From NCBI GenBank assembly GCA_002269645.1, contig NIVC01000312.1, positions 434,001-498,000 of the forward strand: 64,000 nucleotides of DNA, read 5' to 3'. Shown here piece by piece: positions 46,901 to 58,119 of the stretch. The position numbers and the translations under genes are program-made. The notes beneath the pieces are model-generated. The model did no database searches. It was given only the letters and a program-made list of their open reading frames with translations, and was not told the origin of the DNA. The stretch's first letter is position 1. Each line of letters starts with the position of its first letter. Source of the stretch: Macrostomum lignano (Eukaryota).

Positions 46901-49900
46901 ATCGGCGAGGACGAGCAAAGCGAAGTCGGCGACGCGGAGGTTGGCAACAATCCAAACGACTTCGACGCTTGTCTGGAGCACCGAATCGAGCAGGACGTGA
47001 TTGACAGGTGCGCCTGCACCCAGCGCTTTGGCGCCTTCTCTCTGTTGAGCTGAAGAACAAACCTCTCAGCGAGAACCAGCACGCTTTTCGGGCGGGTCGC
47101 TCCACTGAAAGCGCGCTGCACGTCCTGGTCGATAAACTCGAGAAGGCCGTGCTTGGTAGTGGCTTTGCTCTGGGGATCTTCCTGGACATCATTGGCGCCT
47201 TCGATAACGTCCTCTTTGAGGCGTTCCGAAGAGCTCTTTGTGAGAGGCTAACGCACTCACATCTCACCAGATGGATCATGTACATGATCAGCCATCGCAC
47301 GGCCACCGCCAGTCTGCTGGGCTACCAGAGGACGGTCCCCGTCTGCAAAGGTAGCCCGCAAGGTGGGGTGCTGTCTCCAGTTCTCTGGAATATGGTCATT
47401 GATGAGCTCCTCCGGGATGTTCGGCCTGACCCCATTCTGAAAGTTGGATATGCGGACGATGTCACCGCGGTGGCATCTGGTCCGTCCCCTGATACCCTCA
47501 GGGACCTTCTTCAGAACTTCATCTACGCTGCTGAGCAATGGGCGGACCGCTGTGGTTTAAGGCTCTCTGAGACTAAGACCGCAGCGATCATGTTCACCAG
47601 CAGGACCAAGTGGCAGATTCGGCCGCTCACGCTTTACGGAAGGGAAATCCCCTTCTGCAAGCAGACTAAATGTCTGGGTATTACCCTGGACCACAGGCTG
47701 AACTGGTCTCCCCACGTTCAAACAAAAGCCAAAAAGGCCTTCGCAGTCCTCGCGCAATTGCGCAGGGCCGTCGGCACCACCTGGGGGCTCACCCCCAAGC
47801 GCCTCTGGTGGATCTACACTGCAATGGTTAGGCCCGCTATCTCGTATGGCGGCCTGATCTGGGCTAGCGCCCTGCAGATAAAGACCTGTCTAGAGGCTCT
47901 CAGGAGAGCGCAAGGGCGCGCTTGTCGCACGATCATGAGCGCCCCTCCGTCTGCTCCTTACGATGGCCTCAACGCCTTCCTCAACATTCCTCCGCTGGAC
48001 ATCTTTGTCCGCAGGGAAGCGGCTAAGACTGCCCGCCGTCTAGCTGACGCTGGCATTCGAATCCAGCCCCATAGGGCCATGGCTAAGCGCAAGCTTCTGC
48101 CCCACGCTGACCTCTGCCTCAAGGACTTGAGAGACAGCGGCGGGCTCCACGTCCTATCTGACGGCGAACCCCGCACTCTCAACCTCTTTCAGCGCTACAA
48201 GGTCACCATCCCCTCTAGGGATGCTGCCAATGACCACTGGAATTTCCAGGAGGTCCATTGCTACACGGACGGATCCATCAAAGACGGTCGCGCCGGCTTT
48301 GGGGTCTGCATCATCATCAACGGCCGCGTAATTGCCACGCATGCCCAGCACACTGGTAGACTCTCCACAGTCTTCCAGAACGAAGTCCTTGCCATCAGCT
48401 CTTGCGCTGCAGAGCTAAACGCCAAGGTTACGAGAGGAAAGACTATTGTCATCCACTCCGACAGCCAAGCGGCCTTACAGGCCCTTTGCCACACCACAAC
48501 GAACTCCCGGACAGTCGCCGACTGCGCCCGGCAGCTCAACCTCCTGGCCAGAAGCAATACTGTCAGGCTGAAGTGGATCCCAGGGCACGCAGGGTTTCCG
48601 GGGAACGAGCTGGCAGACACCCTCGCCAAGAGGGGCGGCTCTGGCTCTTTTTTCGGCCCTGCCCCCTGGTCCCTATGCCCTTGACAGTCATCAATCGTCA
48701 GATCGACGACTGGGCTGACTCCCTCCACAGGGACAGATGGGCGGGCACCCAAAACTGCCGGCAATCTCGTGCCGCGGTTCCTTGCCCGTCTCACAGGCTC
48801 AGAAACATCCTTCTGAACCAGAATCGGAAGGATATTCGAGCCCTTGTCATGACCCTTACCGGCCATGGCTACCTCGCCAGGCACTGCTTCCTCCGAGGCG
48901 ACCTCGAGAGCGAAATTTGCCCCTTTTGCGAGTGCGACAATGAAGATGCTCAGCACTTTGTCTGTCACTGCCCTTTCTTTAACAGAGACCGGCTACGCTA
49001 CCTCGGGCCGAACCCGTCCATTGACGAGGTTTGCCAGCCCGACAGCATCCCACGGCTCATCCAGTTCCTTCGGGCGACTAGACGAGCCAGTTTCTTCCCA
49101 ACGGAAGATCACGCTGCAGGACGGACCGGCGGACCACCCTGACCGGCCCCACGCCTCTGCCTGTCTGCGGGCCTTCAGGGGCTAGCGGAATGGGCGACCC
49201 TCGCCTCCCCGCTGTGTCTACGGACCACCCTGCAGCTAAGTCAAGTAAGTCAAGTCAAGACACCATCATGAGTGTGCAATCGAAAAGAAGTCACGGAATG
49301 CTCAAGCGATGGTAAAAGTGTGTTGCTACAGGTGGAGACTATTTTGAGAAGTCTGCCTTGAAGTTTGATGATGATGATGAATGACTACAGATTGGTTTCT
49401 TTGAGATATTTTTAAACTTCTACTGTAAGACTATCAGTGGCATTGCGATGGTTTTTCAGGCATAACTTTTGAATGAAATGATAATAATACATGCAACTGA
49501 ATTCATTGGAAAGAAGAGATGTACCGAGGTCCCGAAAGAGGTCCCCAATGGGGTAAAACCACTATTTCATGTCACTAATACAGGCACTATTAAATCGATA
49601 AGGAGGCTTAGTAAAACAAGCAGAAGTCTTTCATCCTTTGCATTTAGATTAACGTAATCAGCTTCACGACAAGCAAGTACGTCAACAACGACTGCAGCAT
49701 CGGCGAGGACGAGCAAAGCGAAGTCGGCGACGCGGAGGTTGGCAACAATCCAAACGACTTCGACGCTTGTCTGGAGCACCGAATCGAGCAGGACGTGATT
49801 GACAGGTGCGCCTGCACCCAGCGACTAATGCGTACAGACCCGACAGTGCCGTTCTGCTTTGCAATCAACTGGACTAATCTCAACTCGACCGTGTCTAGAA

Positions 49901-50718
49901 TGGACTGCAGTCTGTCTGGCGGCACCTACCTCACCAGTTTCTCGACCGCATCCAAGGCCTGCCCGCGGCCCTGTCAGAGCATCGTGTACGATCTGAACGT
50001 GCTGCGCAGTGCCAATAGAGTGTCGGCGTGGCAGGACTGCTGGTACATGTGGATGCTGATGGATTCCACGGTGACCGCGCAACAAAGAGAGAGCTACTTG
50101 ATGCAGCATCTCAACGCCAGCGGCGACAGCTTCAACGAATCAGTCTGCCGACGCCCCTGGTACCACCAGCTGCCCTACGTGAAGCTGAAGATTGTCCGGC
50201 AAGACTTTACCACCAGGACATTCAATGAGACTCTCGTACTCACCTCAGCGGCTCTCTTTGCTCAGGTGGGAGCGGCGCTGGCCTTCTATCTGGGATTGAC
50301 GCTCACATTTTTAGCCGAGCTGGCCGATCTGGCCATCCGGTTGGGATGGCGGTGTCTCATTAGTAAACGAAAATCCCGGCGTCAGAGAAGAAGACAACGT
50401 CAGAATCAGAACCAGAAACAACAGCAACAGCTGCGGAATCAGCAGAACCAGGCGGAAATAAAGACTGAGTCAACAATAAATTCAGTAGCCTGCAGCAGCG
50501 GCCGCAATGGCGGTGGTCTCTGCATCGCCAACAACTCTGGTCAGGCTGTCGATGTCAGTCTCTCGGGCAGGGAGAACGCCTGGCAGGGCTTCGGACTTCA
50601 TTGCGACTACATCTACGCGGACCAGGACGACTTTTCAGACGATGATGTCGAAGGAGACGCAACCGCGGCGGTGTCCGACGACTTGCGATTGGATTCAGCT
50701 GACTATCGATACATCTAG
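43946..50718 (+). CDS. DEG/ENaC (amiloride-sensitive/ASIC superfamily) channel, about 658 aa if spliced to the downstream acceptor
   Basis: Exons 43946-44176, 44358-45032 and 49648-50718 all join in phase 0; TM1 RVFWTVFLLSS, FPAVSFC, Cys-rich C..Q.VIDRCAC, CPRPC...Y, TM2 LFAQVGAALAFYLGLTLTFLAEL; a duplicate exon start at 46850-47025 runs into the LINE. Confidence 0.9.
46160..46730. repeat. Degenerate inverted-repeat pair (arms about 46160-46285 and 46622-46730) in the DEG/ENaC intron
   Basis: The reverse complement of the left arm (actgtaagacaatcagtggcattgc...acttttgaatgaaatga...ctgaattcattggaaagaa) matches the right arm. Confidence 0.8.
46461..47025. repeat. 565-bp direct duplication, copy 1 (host intron end plus exon start)
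   Basis: Identical by reading to 49259-49823 (offset 2798; ORF track gives identical peptides at 46671/49469 and 46769/49567). Confidence 0.97.
47026..49258 (+). mobile_element. 5'-truncated non-LTR retrotransposon, LOA/R1 group (RT + RNase H + Cys/His knuckle), 2233 bp
   Basis: QHAFRAGRSTE, FLDIIGAFD, GSPQGGVLSPVLWN, GYADD; RNase H YTDGS...NEVLAI...SDSQAAL...WIPGHAGFPGNELAD; after a 1-nt frameshift near 48665, CPFCECDNEDAQHFVCHC; 3' UTR ending in AAGTC-type short repeats. Confidence 0.95.
49259..49823. repeat. 565-bp direct duplication, copy 2
   Basis: Begins right after the LINE tail; contains acceptor TTTAG| at 49647 and continues into the intact remainder of the exon. Confidence 0.97.
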
Positions 50719-50924
50719 ATTCACTCGAATTGCTTCAAATGTCTGCCTAGTCTATTGAGAGTTCCATTGGTCAAACTCGTATAGTCTACAGTTTTAATGT
50801 CGCTACATCTATGAAAATCTAAAAAGCAGGAGAAATGCACGCTTACTGGAACCCAAAGCTATGCTTGCAAGCAGGTGGATCTAGATAAACGTAAATTTTT
50901 TTAGCTAAGCTCACTGATTATTAG

Positions 50925-51483
50925 CTAGACTGGTAGATAAGCCTACAGACTGGTAGATAAGCCTACAGACTGGTAGATAAGTCTACAGACTGGTAGCTAA
51001 GCCTACAGACTGGTAGCTAAGCCTACAGACTGGTAGCTAAGCCTACAGACTGGTAGCTAAGCCTACAGACTGGTAGCTAAACTTACAGACTGGTAGCTAA
51101 GCCTACAAACTGGTAGCTAAGCCTACAGACTGGTAGCTAAGCCTACAGACTGGTAGCTAAGCCTACAGACTGGTAGCTAAGCCTACAGACTGGTAGCTAA
51201 GCCTACAGACTGGTAGCTAAGCCTACAGACTGGTAGCTAAGCCTACAGACTGGTAGCTAAGCCTACAGACTGGTAGCTAAACTTACAGACTGGTAGCTAA
51301 GCCTACAAACTGGTAGATAATTCTACAGACTGGAAGCTAAGCCTACAGACTGGTAGCTAAGCCTACAGGCTGGTAGATAAGCCTACAGGCTGGTAGATAA
51401 GCCTACAGGCTGGTAGATAAGCCTACAGGCTGGTAGATAAGCCTACAGGCTGGTAGATAAGCCTACAGGCTGGTAGCTAAGCC
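50925..51483. repeat. 20-bp minisatellite, about 27 copies
   Basis: Unit agactggtagctaagcctac. Confidence 0.96.
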
Positions 51484-52334
51484 CCATTCCATCACTAACA
51501 CAGCCCGCAATTAAAGAACGGATGCAAAATGTGTTGAATACCAATAGTTTTGGTGAATTCTTCTAAAAATTCATACCTAACTTTGTTGCCAGTAGTTATG
51601 AAGACTGGCTAGCAGTACAGAATGTAATTATATTGTCCCATAGAAATTACAAATAGAGTAAATTGTTTATTTAGTAACATATTTTGAACATCTTTTATCA
51701 ATAGTTTTTGTTTTAGTAGTTTAGTAGGTCGATACAAATTTGAAAACATTCACTATAAAGCGAAACAAATATTTTACGGAATCAACTACCTGTGCATTAT
51801 AATTAGATCAATTCCTGTTTGCCTAAAAGTACATGAAATCATTTTGAGAAAGGAATCTGTTTTCCTAATATCTGCAGGCGCAAATTTTAAATAAAAATCT
51901 ACGTAATAAGCTCGGAAGGCTACTTATTACATCAGTAGTAGAATGGGGATGATAAGCATGATAAATACTCGAAAATTCATCGAATTAGCCATTGGCTTTT
52001 TAAGGGCGCCGAATTGCATGATAATTACATTTAGCTTCAGGTTTCCGAGACATAGGGTCTCAAAGCTGAGATTAGGTGTTGAATAGTGTCAATTAGAAAG
52101 ATATTACAGGTGGCAAGCATATAGTTAGTTAGCAAAAGCGGGGAAGCCGGCCAAGAAGTCAGTGTCCGAAAATTCGAACAAATAAAGCTCATTTTACCGA
52201 ATAGCAATGCAAAAGCTCTGATAATGTGTTTGTAAATAAATTTACTCCCTATATAGATAGTGAATACAATTGTAAAACACGAGAAAATCACAAATACTAG
52301 CATTCACACAGTCTGTTCAGATATCACGAAAACT

Positions 52335-52830
52335 TTCTAAGGTTTGGAGATAGAGGTTGGCTTTGACTGGGCGTTGGTTGGCTATGATTGGGTGTTGGCT
52401 CTGATTGGGGGGTTGGCTCTCATTGGGGGTTGGCTCTGGTTGGGGGTTGGCTCTGATTGGGGGTTGGCTATGATTGAGTGTTGGCTCTGATTGGGGGGTT
52501 GGCTCTCATTGGGGGTTGGCTCTGATTAGGGGTTAGCCCTCATTCGGGGTTGGCTCTGATTGGGGGTTGGCTCCGATTGGGGGTTGGCTCTGATTGGGAG
52601 TTGGCCCTGATTAGGGGTTAGCCCTCATTCGGGGTTGGCTCTGATTGGGGGTTGGCTCCGATTGGGGGTTGGCTCTGATTGGAGGGTTGGCTCTGATTGG
52701 GGGTTGGCTCTGATTGGGGGTTGGCTCTGATTGGGGGTTGGCTTTGATTGGGGGGTTGGCTCTGATTGGGGGTTGGCCCTCATTGGGGGTTGGCTCTGAT
52801 TGGGGGTTGGCTCTCATTGGGGGTTGGGCT
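52335..52830. repeat. 17-18-bp G-rich minisatellite
   Basis: Unit ggggttggctctgattgg with variable G-run length. Confidence 0.93.
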
Positions 52831-53683
52831 CGTTATTGGCTTGTTGTATTTCTGTACTGTTTAGTTTCAGTTAGTTTAATCCAAGAAAATACTTTTAGAC
52901 TACTTCAAGTAGGCGGTCCTCCAGATAGACGCCAGGCTCAGCAGACTGTGCAGCCGGTACAGGCTGCTTAGTGGTCGGCACAAAGCCGCAGATCCTGCCG
53001 CAGTTATACTAGAACTATCTGAGCCTCGCAGAGGTTGCGCCACGGCAAAAGCCAACAGTCCGGCGTTGCAAACGGCTAAGAAGGTCACGAGTTCGCGGCC
53101 CGGTCGGTCCCGAAAATGCAACGCCTTATAGGAGCGCATTCGAGCGGCAGTGCAGATTAGCGTTGTCTGGCAGGCAGCCTGGGTTGAAACAGATTCAATA
53201 GTTTCATTACATTCTGAGAAAACTCATCGTCAGGGGTGATCGTCGTCGGCTCTCTCTCACCTGAACAATTTGCACAACCGCCGTAGCCGCTGTTTCCCAA
53301 TTGGCGTCCTGCTGCTGTGGCTGTAGCAGCTGCACGATGCTGTGAGCGAACAGTCCGAACAGCCCCACCGCCTGTACCCATCTGTCGGCAAAGCGAGCCT
53401 CGTCTCTCCCAGTCGACTCGTCCGCCTCCAGGAACATGAGGTCGGCCAGGCGGGGAAAGGCGCACAGGCAGGCGGCCAGGCCGCAGCCCAGCAGGCCCAG
53501 CTCGGCGCTGTGACTCAGCAGGCTGCCAGCTCGGGAGTGGCTCTCTGTCTGGCCGAGGACGCAGGCGGCCAGCAGGCAGGCGCAGGCGGTCACCAGCGCG
53601 GCCAGGCCGAGGAACAGACCGCGTCTGGAGCCGGAGCAGTCCAACCAGAGCCGCCAGCTGCCGCGACGGCCGCCATGGACGTC

Positions 53684-54835
53684 TTCTTCTTCAGTCCTTT
53701 TCTCGCCTCGCGGCGTGGACGCTCTGCCGCCGACTCACTGGCAGGTCTTTCGATGTCTGGCCATGTTCGTGCGGGCCAGCATCCTCCCGCAGTCCGGGCA
53801 CGGAGCTCTGGCGCTCTTGTAGATCCGCGCCGTAATCCCCGTCGTCTGCTGGCCTCTCCCCGTTGGTACTGCTGCTTCTTCTGCCCTCTCGTCCGGTGTC
53901 GCGCCCGCCTCTGGTTTCCTTCCGTTCTCCTTGCACCGTTTCCTATGCCGCGCGTGGTTGGACTTGCTTATCCACTTGTTGCACTCTCCGCAGTGGACTT
54001 CTTTCGCCGATCGCTCCTCTCCTCCGCACCTCTTCTGGTGGTTTTTTCTTGTCGCCTCCGTGAAGAAGGTAGCGTTGCACTTTAGGCACGGCAGCGGTGT
54101 CTTCGTAAATTGATGGTGTATCCTCCGTTGGTGTACGGCTAACCCGGCTCTCGACGCGCACACCTTCCCGCAGTTCTCGTAATTGCACCTGTACCCGGTC
54201 AGCTCCGATTCCACTTCTCCGGCTTCTCTTTCCTGTGCTGTTTCTTCCTCAGTCGTCTCTGCTTTCTTTCCTTTCTTCCTCTCGCTCTCCTCCAGCGCTC
54301 TTTCCCTGATGCGTAACTTCTTTCTCCAAGCCTCTCTCTCGGTCACCAGCCTTTCGACCTCCAGCTCATCGATTTCTGCCGTGCGCAGTAGCTTTCTCCA
54401 TACCGAGATGATGGTCTGCCTTCTCTTCCGCGCTTTCTTGATGGTAGTCAGCTTCTTGCTCCAGCCGAGGACACATCTTTTGACGGTGCTGGTATCCGGG
54501 AGTCTGAGTACGTGGCCTAGCCTGCGCCAGTGGGCCGATTCGACTTTGGCGCCGATGCTTCGGACCCGCAGTTCGTTCCGCACGTCCCACATGTTCACTT
54601 TTTTTCTCTCCATTTCTTTTAGCGGTGGTTCGGTCTTGCTGCTCCACACGTACCGATAACGACGGTCCATTGCCTGCTGCATCCGCTTAATTTCCGACTT
54701 GTGGAAGGGCCGGGCGCCTGCATTGAAGAGCATCGTGCTCTCAACACAGGTCTCTATGATCCTAGCTTGGGTGCGTTTGCTTAGTCGTGTTTTGCGTAGC
54801 ATGCATTTGACTCCCGCCCACGCTTTGGCAGCTCT
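53684..54835 (-). mobile_element. 5'-truncated RTE-like non-LTR retrotransposon with C-terminal zinc fingers, 1152 bp
   Basis: Exact 11-bp TSD CCATGGACGTC (53673-53683 and 54836-54846); GAAGAAGAA tail; intact 355-aa ORF 54802-53735 with post-RT motifs (STMLF, WRRLGHVLRL) and four Cys/His fingers. Confidence 0.93.
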
Positions 54836-55619
54836 CCATGGACGTCATCGACATCGACATCAACATCGTCCTCATCGTTGTCGCGGACTTCGACCCCGGC
54901 GCCGATGGACTGGCGAAGTCGTTGACGACGTTGCAGCAGCATCAGCAGACGGCTGCCAGGGGCAACCACGGAGACGGTGGGGAACGTGCCGCTTTGAACT
55001 GCGAGCAAAATTGCTGCGGGGTTGAGGTGTTAAAAGACAGGAAATGTCGAAATAACAGCGAGTTAAGGCTTGAGACATGGCCCGAGGATCTTGAGATACA
55101 TAAAAGCGCGCCAATACACAGCACGCACTCACAGGGTTTACAGCGGCCCTTTGACTTTCTAATCGTCAGGCATGTACACACTCTGTGCCTTGGGGGTTCC
55201 TTTGGGGTTCTCTGCTCCTTAATAACGTGAGCTGATTCTTCATGAACGAATTGATTATTGATCTGTATACCTGAGAAAAACTTACAAACAGTTAATAGGC
55301 AGTGAACAACAGCAGTGGGCATCAGATATGGCTCAGCAATCATCGCGGATCCGCCAGAGTTTAACAAAGTCAGCTTCAAGCAGTTAGCCGATAAACTACT
55401 ATGAGTAGCGACTCCGCTTGCGTTGGCACTCGCAGAAGCGGCTGCTCCAAAAAGCCAGTTGTCGATGGTTGAGAATCGCAGCCACGAGCAGAGATTTGCC
55501 GAGATGAGGTGCGCCAGGCCCAGGTGCACTGTCAGGGCGCTGCGCTGTGCAAGGCCTCGTATGTGGAACTGCGTGAGTGGGAGAGGATGGGAGTGATTGA
55601 AAGGAACTGAGAGTAAATA

Positions 55620-56580
55620 GAGAGGTTTAGTGTAAATGGCAGGCCATGAGAGTGAATGAGAGACAGTGAGAGTGATTGGGATACAGTGAGAGTGAATGGA
55701 AGACAGTGGGGGCAAATGGAAGGCAGTGGGAGTGAATGGAAGACAGTGGGGGCAAATGGAAGGCAGTGAGAGTGAATGGCAGGCCATGAGAGTGAATAGG
55801 AGATTGTGAGAGTGAATGGAAGGCAGTGAGAGTGAATATGAGATAGTGAGAGTGAATGGAAGGCAGTGAGAGTGAATGGGAGGTAGTGAGAGGGAATGGG
55901 AGGTAGTGAGAGTGAATGGAAGACAGTGGGGGCAAATGGAAGGCAGTGGGAGTGAATGGAAGACAGTGGGGGCAAATGGAAGGCCATGAGAGTGAATGGG
56001 AGGAAGTGAGAGTAAATGGCAGGCAGTGAGAGTGAAAGGGAAGAAGTGAGAGTAAATGGCAGGCCATGAGAGTGAATGGGAGGAAGTGAGAGTAAATGGC
56101 AGGCCATGAGAGTGAATAGGAGATTGTGAGAGTGAATGGAAGGCAGTGAGAGTGAATATGAGATAGTGAGAGTGAATGGAAGGCAGTGAGAGTGAATGGG
56201 GGGTAGTGAGAGTGAATGGGAGGTAGTGAGAGTGAATGGGAGGTAGTGAGAGTGAATGGGAGGTAGTGAGAGTGAATGGGAGGTAGTGAGAGTGAATGGG
56301 AGGTAGTGAGAGTGAATGGGAGGTAGTGAGAGTGAATGGGAGGTAGTGAGAGTGAATGGGAGGTAGTGAGAGTGAATGGGAGGTAGTGAGAGTGAATGGG
56401 AGGTAGTGAGAGTGAATAGGAGATTGTGAGAGTGAATGGAAGGTAGTGAGAGTGAATATGAGATAGTGAGAGTGAATGGAAGGCAGTGAGAGTGAATGGG
56501 AGGTAGTGAGAGTGAATGGGAGGTAGTGAGAGTGAATGGGAGGTAGTGAGAGTGAATGGAACGTAATGAGAGTGGATGGG
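55620..56580. repeat. GA-rich about 20-bp minisatellite in an otopetrin intron
   Basis: Core unit gtagtgagagtgaatgggag with variants and a duplicated higher-order block (about 55780-55900 vs 56100-56220). Confidence 0.95.
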
Positions 56581-57114
56581 AGCGGCTGTGAAAAGAAAAT
56601 AAGAAAAACTAGAAAGAGGATGTATTTGAGAATTTCAATGAGGGATTCTTGAACTCATCGAACAATAAACCAATGTTTGCGATAAGCACTAGCTCCACAA
56701 TGATGCTTCAAAGCTTACGAGATAGCTTACAATGGTTTTTCCTGAAATAACCTGGCAGTATTTAGTGCCATTTTCAAACCTCCAAATCTCTCACCTGAGC
56801 ATTTAGGACCGCAAACACCGTCTGTAAAGCGATGAAAATTGACCCAGTGATCAACTGAGTAATCGACAGGCGCCTCCAGCCCAGACAGGGGGCTCCCATT
56901 CCGTCTGCTGACAGCGAAGTCAAATGCAGCAGCTGACGAACTACCGAGAGAGCGCACAGACCTTGATAAAAATGCACAGAATTAGTTGATTTTAGTCATT
57001 TATCGACGTTAACTAATATACTCGTAAATTAACAATGCACTCGAATCCTTCATCCATTTTGATTATTAATTTGCAGTCCAAAGGTCATCAATGTCAAAGT
57101 CACCTTGACATCAA

Positions 57115-57457
57115 TTCAAGATGTCAAGGCTTACTGGGGGAATTGCAGAGATGACAAGGCTTACTGGGGGAATTGCTGAGATGTCAAGGCTTACTGGGGT
57201 AATTGCTGAGATGTCAAGGCTTACTGGGGGAATTGCTGAGATGTCAAGGCTTACTGGGGGAATTGCTGAGATGTCAAGGCTTACTGGGGGAATTGCTGAG
57301 ATGTCAAGGCTTACTGGGGGAATTGCTGAGATGTAAAGGCTTACTGGGGGAATTTCTGAGAAGTCAAGGCTTACTGGGGTAATTGCTGAGAAGTCAAGGC
57401 TTACTGGGGTAATTGCTGAGATGTCAAGGCTTACTGGGGGAATTGCTAAGATGTCAG
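57115..57457. repeat. 30-bp tandem repeat, about 11 copies
   Basis: Unit atgtcaaggcttactgggggaattgctgag. Confidence 0.96.
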
Positions 57458-58119
57458 GGCAAAAAGAATACAATAATTTTCGCCCCCGGCTTAGTGGCCG
57501 CCCCAAGGCGGGCACAGGATTGCTGGTTCGTTTTCTAATCGTTAAGTTTTTACACTCTACGCCTTGGGGGTTGGCCATATTTCCACAAATTAAGCTACAA
57601 ATTAATGTAGAACCAGGTGTCGCGGTGCAACAGTCAGACGCGTTTATCTCTGAGCTGCTTTGCCCACTCTTAACCATTTATTAACACTATAGATTAGAAG
57701 AACAATAAACATTTCTAATCTATATTCTGTACCAATTACTTTACTTGCAGTTTGGCTCTAATTACCTGGCTCAGCTGGCTTCATCAGACCGCCATAATGC
57801 GCACATATTCATTTTCAGCGCATGAACCTTCTGTAGGTGTTGACTCACAGCGTGTTGCCCCAGTCCCCCAAGCCTGCTCCCCCCTGATATTTTCCAAACC
57901 ATTAGGATAGATAAAAGCTTGATTTTTTTCCTCTACATTTTGCCATTTCGTCCAACTCGCAGTGTGTGTGCCTCTCTGTCCCCTCACGTTCCCACACAGT
58001 CAGTCATCCCCCCGACCGTCCCTTCCCTAGGCGGCGAAGTTGAAAGCACAAGCAATTTATCCCGAAAGTGTGTCGGTCTTCGCCATGGAGACCCAAAGCC
58101 TACCAGGGGATAGGAGCGC

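Larger units (their letters stand above)
52900..56961 (-). pseudogene. OTOP: Otopetrin (proton channel family), disrupted in this allele by a LINE insertion; 5' exon(s) not located
   Basis: Exons 56961-56795 (IFIALQTVFAVLN), 55568-55286 (GLAHLISANLCSW...PYLMP), 55013-54836 plus 53683-53261 (LDCSGSRRGLFLG), 53166-52900 (RPGRELVTFLAVCN...LYRLH...IWRTAY); all phases join; removing the insert and one TSD restores the frame. Confidence 0.9.

Noticed and set aside
48261-48968. Long antisense ORFs over the LINE, otopetrin/RTE (53342-54085) and Q-rich gene (20255-20890)
   Set aside because: Shadow ORFs of GC-rich coding sequence on the opposite strand, with no independent motifs
46461-49823. LTR retrotransposon interpretation of the 565-bp direct repeats
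   Set aside because: The repeats lack TG...CA ends, contain host intron and exon sequence, and there is no protease or integrase; the RT is LINE-type with a simple-repeat tail
57770-57835. Candidate upstream otopetrin exon (NEYVRIMAV, similar to the YLR.GA motif)
   Set aside because: Followed by in-frame stops, and no phase-1 donor matching the acceptor at 56961; left unresolved
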